Source: Eledone cirrhosa (Eukaryota). From it: DNA of 64,000 bases. The stretch is taken from positions 31,992,001 to 32,056,000 of the forward strand of contig OZ024749.1 in NCBI GenBank assembly GCA_964016885.1, in the 5' to 3' direction. The notes beneath the pieces were generated by a model that worked only from the letters and a program-made list of their open reading frames with translations, had not been told where the DNA came from and did not search any database. Numbering within the stretch: the first letter of the stretch is position 1; each line of letters opens with the position of its first letter. The translations under genes were made by a program, and so were the position numbers. Shown piece after piece: positions 56,231 to 64,000 of this stretch.

Positions 56231-56418
56231 TAATTGTTTCTACTTTAGGCACAAGGCCAGCAAATACCCAGAGCATTACTGGTACTTTATTTTATCGACC
56301 CCGTAAGGATGAAAGGCAAAGTTAAGCTCGGCGGGATTTGAACTCAGAATGGCAAGGGCCGTAACTCTATGCGTCAAAGCATGGCGTCCGACCTTCTATC
56401 GATACTGCCAATCCACCG
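56231..56418 (-). mobile_element. SINE family 1 with long flanking duplication
   Basis: tgtatgtataaagataaatagaaataat on both sides. Confidence 0.9.
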
Positions 56419-56700
56419 TATGCCAATCCATGTATGTATAAAGATAAATAGAAATAATATAAGTTAAATGACATTATGTAGATAGCCAGGCTATGAAGAA
56501 GAGGGGTTAGTTAAATGAAGAATGGAGAAAAATATTAGAAGTAATAAGGAATACATGAATAGCCAAGTAATATATAAATGTTTAAAACCTCTTACATTTA
56601 TACATTTATACCGACTAAATATCTTCCTGTGATCTGGTGTATTGCTCCTGCATCCCTTCCCAGTGAGCTTCACACACATCCAGTTTGAGATGCCCTCATA

Positions 56701-56801
56701 CAGAGTGACCCCCAAAAATGTATACACACTTTGATTACCTTTACAGGCAATATTTATTAGAACGCTGTTGAAGTGTGTATACATTTTGGAGGGACACCCT
56801 G
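56701..56801. mobile_element. Tc1/mariner-type MITE (101 bp) inserted in a diverged tandem repeat of about 105 bp
   Basis: TA-CAGAGTGACCCCCAAAAATGTATACACACTT...AAGTGTGTATACATTTTGGAGGGACACCCTG-TA. Confidence 0.8.
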
Positions 56802-57062
56802 TATATACATTTACGCTGATTATATATTTGCCTGCTCTTACGGGGATTACCCCTGCATCTCTTCGTAGAGGGTATCACATACGTACAGATTAGGGTGTCC
56901 TCTTACATATATACATTTACACCAACTGTGTATCTGCCTGTGCTGTCGGCTATTGCTCCTGTAACCATTCGTAAAGAGCATTACACTCATACAGATTCAG
57001 ATGCCCTCATATATATCGATTAACGCCAAATGAACATCTACCTGTATCCTTGGGTATTTTTT

Positions 57063-57320
57063 CTGTATGTATGATATTCTCTACAAAAAGATGCGGGAGA
57101 AAGAGCCGAGTGCAGAGGTAGATATTCAGTTAGTGTAATTGTATATATGTGGGGGTACCTCAACCTGTTTTTTGTGATGCCCTTTACTAAGGGTAGTAAA
57201 GGGCATCACAAAAAACAGGTTGAGGTACCCCCACATATATACAATTACACTAACTGAATATCTACCTCTGCACTCGGCTCTTTCTCCCGCATCTTTTTGT
57301 AGAGAATATCATACATACAG
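57063..57320. repeat. Near-perfect palindrome, 127-bp arms, 4-nt loop
   Basis: Centre ccctttacta-aggg-tagtaaaggg. Confidence 0.92.
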
Positions 57321-57539
57321 GTAGGCTCACAATGCTGGGCTCACAATCTTAAGGTAATGAGTTCGGTTCCCAAGTTGAGGGCGATTCTCTTCGACAAATC
57401 ATATTATCTCGCGTTGTTCTAGTCCACTCAGTCGCAATTTAAAGAACCAGCCTAGTCCTACGTTCTGTCATTCTCAAAGAAGCCCCTTGTTGTACAGCCA
57501 ACCATGTTACTCTTCATTCTTTCACTATATATATATATG

Positions 57540-57916
57540 TGTAGTTTAGAAAGCCACAACAATGCAGATGGGAAATCTCGAGGTAAGAAGTGAGTGAGAA
57601 ATAGGAGAAAAGTGAAAATGAAAATGAAAACAAAACAAAGGTAGAAGGGTTACCGTAGTGGAGATTTAATCCCAATATTTCGGGCTCACGCCCATCAACG
57701 GGAGAAAGTTCCAAAAGGGGGGGAACAGGCTAAGCCGGAGAAAGTTGTATTGTCGTTAAAACTTAGGAATGCCGTTATGGGGAAAATTCAATTTCATTTT
57801 CACTTTTCTCCTATTTCTCACTCACTTCTTACCTCGAGATTTCCCATCTGCATTGTTGTGGCTTTCTAAACTACATATTTTACACATTTCACAATGCTTC
57901 AAGCAAACTTTAACAC

Positions 57917-57919
<3 letters not shown>
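57540..57919 (+). mobile_element. PLE-type element with 84-bp inverted ends, tail and decayed hammerhead (57670-57703, minus strand)
   Basis: 57540-57624 inverse of 57792-57875; TCCC-GTTGAT-GGGC-GTGA-GCCC-GAAA-TATT-GGGA. Confidence 0.78.
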
Positions 57920-57963
<44 letters not shown>

Positions 57964-58284
57964 TGCACATGTGTGTCTGTTTGTTTGTATATGTGTGTGA
58001 TATGAAACAAGGAAAAATAAAGAACGCAAAGACGAAAATCATTTTGGCAATTTCTTTCATAAGTTTTAATAGACTTTAAAGAGAGTGGAGGTTGAAAGGA
58101 GCAGCGGTAAATACACAACTGAACACTTAGATAACATGATAGCTAAGTGGCGTCTGATATTTGTTACATGGAGTTATTTATTTATCAAGAACAAAGGTTT
58201 TTAAGCAGCAGTTTTGACAGAGGAGGGAATTTTTCATAACAGGGGATATATTTTGATGTCGTTGTTGTGATGGAGAAAACTTGG

Positions 58285-58425
58285 CAACAAGATGGTTGGC
58301 CGCCATTGTTGCAAGTGGAGGTAGAGTAGAGCTATGTTCGCTTCCGTCAGGGGCAGATTTTGAAAATGTCACAGTTTGATCGACAACAAGAATCGGCGAG
58401 CATGCGCACGGCCGACCATCTTCGT
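58285..58425. promoter_or_regulatory. Candidate housekeeping-type promoter/first exon
   Basis: Unique CpG-richer patch with CCGCCATT and AAGATGG (YY1-like), CTTCCG (ETS-like), GCATGCGCA (NRF1-like). Confidence 0.35.
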
Positions 58426-58713
58426 TTGGCAACTGGAAGAAAATCATTTGTCATGTAATTGATATCGTTTGATCGTCGTTTAAGAATTGTCATAATGGTT
58501 GAATGGTCTTCGACAATACGGTCTGGAAATATAAGAAGAGAAGATTATTTATGATGAGATATGAAATATAAAAACTATATGTAAGCTTAATAAACAGTCA
58601 CAAATCTAATAAAAAAAAACATACGAAAATAGTGTTTAGACATTAAGCCTTCACTACTTGTGGTTATAAAACACACATTCAAATATATACATATATACAT
58701 ATAAATATATATA

Positions 58714-58805
<92 letters not shown>

Positions 58806-58896
58806 TAACTTTGATAGGTTTCGGCCAGTATTGGCCCAGGCCATGTCTAACTTAATATGTATAAATATGTGCGTGCTTAAGTGTATGTAATTGTTG

Positions 58897-59020
<124 letters not shown>

Positions 59021-59945
59021 AGATTTCTTTATTAACCACACAGAGCATGAATGTATATGCGTATCTTTTTGTCCGCATAATATATATAAATATATATATG
59101 TGTGTGTGTGGTATTTATGGCATGCACAATGCTGTCCAAAGTATTCTTGTACGCAATGCGACCATTCCATTTCTAAAGTAATATGGATTAGTAAAAGATG
59201 TGACTCGCCACCCATACCAGATACGACGCCATATTTGGCCACATTTGATCACATTTGGCCAGCCTGAAAATAGTTCACTCATAATAGTATCACCTCCGAC
59301 CTCATTTTAAAATTTCTCGCCTATCATGAAACAAAAAAATCGACACGAAGTACATTGATCTGAGGGATTGATTTATCCCTGGAGATAATTCGATTTTACT
59401 GAATTCTTTGAACATCGCCTATTATGTGTAGTTTAATAGTGAGGAAAGTAAATCTACATTGGTACAGGACAGCTAAAATGTTGTAAATCATTTAACCCTC
59501 ATACATAATGAGATCCACAAACTTTGAAATATAATCCTCATATAAAATTATTCTGAATTATACACATATAAAAATATGCGCAGTATGTAGTTTGTTTAGA
59601 TATTTAGACTGTGTATTGAACAGAAACTGATATTTTAGATATGCGTGGGAAGAAGCCATTCTATTAATAGTATTAAATAATTGCTTTATAGCCCTTTTTA
59701 TCTTGGCATTCGTCCATCGTTTGTGGTCGAAAGAAAAATGTTAAATTTATCTAAACGTATATAACTAAAAATCAAGATGGCTGAACTAGGATGATGTGCT
59801 CCCAATCGAAAATTCAAGAGTTCGATTCCCTGACTGTGCGGTGAGTGGTGTCCTTGAGTAAGACACTTTATATCACGTTGCTCCAGTACACATAGCTGGG
59901 GCAAATGATGTGCGAGGTCTCTGGTTGCATTTCATTGTGTATATA

Positions 59946-59988
<43 letters not shown>

Positions 59989-60307
59989 TAGATAGATATA
60001 GGATGTATACAGTATTTATAATGAAAAAATAGTGTATATACAGGGCATATATAGTGAATATAGTGTGTATATAAACTGTATATAAAGAGAATATATAGAA
60101 TATGAATTTGTCCGAATGCTATATTAAAGCAACGTATGCGAGCATGCAATTTTGCATGTGCGGATATAAATGTGTATATAAATATACGTATACGAGTACG
60201 GGTCAGAGATTTGGACACTGACCAAGAAACTCATGGTGGATGGGTGCTACACTGCATTCAGTGCTCCTGTGGGATCCCATGCATGGACACACTGGAAGAC
60301 CGAGGTT

Positions 60308-60703
60308 ATTATCATGTTCCCTCCTATTGTATTGTAATGTTTACGCCATTTTTATTTTATTTAAATAAAATATTAATGGCGTAACCATTACAATATAATA
60401 GGAGGGAACATGATAATAGTACCACTGATGATGTTGCAGATGTGCAACGAAAGAACTTTGTTAGATTATATATATATATATATTTATATCTGTATTTTTT
60501 AACCGTTGGTCAGTCAATGATAAACATTGATTGCCAAATAAATTAACTATGGAGTTATAAAAGATACAGAAGCGAAAACCAACCAAACAGTGAGTGTGTT
60601 CTGTTATTATTTCTGGCAATATTATTACAACAATATGACCCTCCCCAAGTATAACAATATTTGTTTCGACACACGATTTCATATCAAAAGCCTTGCAAAA
60701 CAA

Positions 60704-60705
<2 letters not shown>
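60308..60705 (+). mobile_element. Family C copy with upstream hairpin (60308-60418) and hammerhead at 60421-60462
   Basis: ACCA-CTGATGA-TGTTGCA-GATG-TGCAAC-GAAA-GAAC-TT^TGTT; family C 3' end and tail. Confidence 0.8.
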
Positions 60706-60735
<30 letters not shown>

Positions 60736-60746
60736 ATGTATATACA

Positions 60747-60825
<79 letters not shown>

Positions 60826-61886
60826 ACACAAGACAAGGCGATTTCATTGCATGTTATTTAGAGAATTGTGTAACAGGATTACGTTGAACCCAAACATAAA
60901 ATGGAGGATAGGAGATAGAGAAAAAATTAGAAGATAGCAAATTCTATTCAAGGACAGCCTGCAAATATGGTGTCATAACGATATTCTTTATTACTTCAGT
61001 TTACACACATATTTAATATAACAAATAATTATATGGACAACACAAAATGTAATATATAATTACTTTGATTAATTATATAATAGGTAAATAATTAGAACAA
61101 TTAATTATTTTATATAAGTAAATTATATTTGAATTTAATTTTAATTCAGGTCAAAGATTAAATTATTTCTACTTCTAAAGTAATAATTGGTTTTAGTTAG
61201 ACGTTTCTTATATAATTTCTCACTAATTATTCACTCCAGCTAATTAAATTAATTATAATTATTGTTGAATGGTTTAATACTAATTGGAATCTGCGTGTGT
61301 ATGTGTGATAGTATGTGTAGGGTTGAATATGTGTGTTGGTATGCATGCGTGAGTCTCATTGTGTATGTATGTGTGTTTGTGTGTATATGAGTATCGTCGT
61401 ATGTGTGTATGTGTGAGTCTCAATGTTATATATGTATGTATGTGTGTGAGTTTATGTGTATATATGTGTATATGTACGTATATATATGCGTGTGTGCATG
61501 AGTATCAGTATATATATGTGTGTGTGTTTAAAAATGTGTAAATTTAGACAGAAATAAATATAACTTTTATTTATTTGTGAACAATTTGGCAAAAAAAGAA
61601 TAGATTACTGTTATATATCTGTATCAGCCTCTGTTTTTCTTTCGCTCTCCCTATCTCTCTATATATATTTTTTTTACTATCGACAAACTTTCGTGAAATC
61701 GGACCGAGGAAACAATGCTTCCATCGGTCTTTCCAATTGTTAATACTATCTATCGGTCGCAACTCCAGGTAGAAGGAGCAACGTGAAATAAAGTGTCTTG
61801 CTCAAGGACATAACGCATCACCCGGTCCGGGAATCGAACTCACAACCTCAAGATTGTGAATCCAATTCTCTAACCACTCAGACACC

Positions 61887-61993
<107 letters not shown>

Positions 61994-62020
61994 ATATATA
62001 TATATATATATTTGTATATA

Positions 62021-62059
<39 letters not shown>

Positions 62060-62072
62060 CGGGTAAAATTCC

Positions 62073-62206
<134 letters not shown>

Positions 62207-62630
62207 GAAAAATAATATATATAAGTATATACACATATATAAGTATATACACATATATAAGTATATATATGGAGGCACATGGCTTAGTGGTTAGAGCATT
62301 GGCCTTGCAATCGAAAGGTTGAGTTCAATTCTCAGACCGGGTGATCTGTTGTTTCCTTGGGCAAGACACTTTATTTCACATTGCTCCAGTTTACTCAGCT
62401 GTAGAAATGAGATGATAGGGACTGGGGTCCATATCATTCTACTGCAAAGTGGTCGTGGAGGTGCCACGGCAAAAAAAGCACCCAGCACTCACTGTAAATG
62501 AGGTTGGTGTTAGGAAAGGCATCCAGCTGTAGAAATCAAGCCAGCATCAGTTCCCGTCCCACCCTTGCAAGCAGGGAAAAAGCGGACGTAAAATGAAATG
62601 ATGATGATGAAATGATATATATATATATAT

Positions 62631-62964
62631 AATAGAAAACGAAAAATCAGTGATGCATCTGAACTCAATTTATTGTGTGTTACAATTGTTTCGCCGGCGG
62701 ACAGCTCAAGATGTGATCGTTGTGTGGATCTGTATGATTCTGGACCCGCAGGTTCGACGCATATTCTCAGTGAGAGAATATGCTCCGAAATCATTAGACG
62801 TGTCCGTCGAACCTGCGGGTCCAGAATCAGACAGATCCACACAATGATCACGTCTCCAGCTGTCTGCCGGCGAAACAATTGTAACACACAATAAATTGAG
62901 TTCAGATGCATCACTGATTTTTCGTTTTCTATTCTATCATACTCTGCTCTGTAAGAGCATAGCA
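62631..62964 (+). mobile_element. Fold-back element carrying hammerhead 3' half and a 67-bp imperfect inner stem
   Basis: Outer arms 62631-62692 / 62872-62933 identical; GCCGGC-GAAA-CAATTG-TA^ACACAC. Confidence 0.88.
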
Positions 62965-63356
62965 TGTGTGTGTGTGTGTGTGTGTTTGATACATTGTTAA
63001 CTAGGGCCTACATTCAAAATGTCTTCGGTACGAAGGTTTATTAAGCTGGGTCGTATTATTTGGTGTAGTGTGTTTTTGACTACCTTAGACGTGTTGTATT
63101 TTGTTACTGGGTAGGGTTGTGTGATGAAAAATTGTATATAGGGAGGGGTGAGAAAGCTGCTTTTAGCAGTGGATTCCATTCCGACAAGCATTGTAAGGAT
63201 TTGAACTCAGAACGCCATAAGCCGTACCAGATACTGAAAGGATCCCTTCCGACTCTTCAACGATTCCGCCACTTAAGTGCAACCTTATTTATCAAAATCA
63301 AAGTTGACCTGGGACAGTACTTGAGCTCACTCAGTTGGACCAACTACGGAAATACA

Positions 63357-63731
63357 TGCGAGGAGGGTCAGCTGAAAATTTCATAGGCTGACTGTAATGA
63401 ATGATGCTAGCGCTGTGAAATCTTGCATGCATTAATTTCAACTCTACTTATTAATAACTGCATTGTTTCTTTCTAAGGACTATGTTGCAAAATAAACCTC
63501 ATTTGGTCATTCCATGAGGCTATCTTGATCAGCCTATAAAGGAATGATGCTACAGCTGTGAAATCTTGCATACATTAATTTTAATTCTACTTATTAATAA
63601 CTGCAGTGTTTCTTTCTAAGGACTATGTTGAAAAATAAACCTCATTTTGTCATTCCATGAGATTATCTTGGTCAGCCTATGAATTTTCATCTGATATCTT
63701 CAGCCTATAAACTTTTCTGCCGGCCCTCGTA
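63357..63731. mobile_element. Tc1/mariner-type MITE with internal duplication of about 140 bp
   Basis: gagggtcagctgaaaatttcataggctgac versus agcctataaacttttctgccggccctcgta. Confidence 0.7.
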
Positions 63732-64000
63732 TAAATCTGACAATCATCTACTGACTATATTGATTCCAAAAGAAAATGATATACAAGTATATATCATGAG
63801 AAATTAAGACATTTTCAATAGTCTCAAGACGTCTTTCAGACTAAAAAGGAATTGATTCCACTGCTTTCTAGAATTTACCAATGCAATATATTTCCATTTC
63901 ACCTTTGATCTTGTCTTTATGTGTTAATCTAACCATTTTTTTATCTCACTTTTAGAGAATCCAGACGTAGCGAGGGGTCATGCTCTCCGAAGTATATCAA

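Noticed and set aside
58808-58840. Hammerhead on the minus strand (GGCCA-ATAC-TGGCC-GAAA-CCTATC)
   Set aside because: No CUGANGA or stem I partner; at most a truncated remnant.

Overview
AT-rich eukaryotic intronic/intergenic DNA saturated with microsatellites. The tRNA-derived SINE families and repeat landscape suggest an octopod cephalopod (inference). No intact host gene is recognisable, and nearly all long ORFs in the track are translations of simple repeats. Real coding remnants are a decayed RTE-clade LINE (27.0-28.1 kb), two short RTE 3' ends and a Penelope-like (PLE) GIY-YIG endonuclease fragment (48.5-49.0 kb). The dominant hidden structure is about 25 short elements from at least a dozen sequence families, mostly inserted in (TA)n tracts. 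Most carry a type I hammerhead ribozyme fold (stem I-CUGANGA-stem II-GAAA-stem III-NUH-stem I'); about 20 complete or near-complete motifs were read by eye. Many are fold-backs: an inverted arm followed by a forward arm with an unpaired 3' tail. In several copies the turning point sits in the ribozyme's predicted stem II, suggesting cDNA self-priming on the ribozyme hairpin. Also present: two SINE families, hAT and Tc1/mariner MITEs, minisatellites, a 3.6 kb satellite and an interstitial (CCCTAA)n-like tract. Coordinates were counted by hand and may be off by a few bases; SINE and repeat boundaries are approximate.
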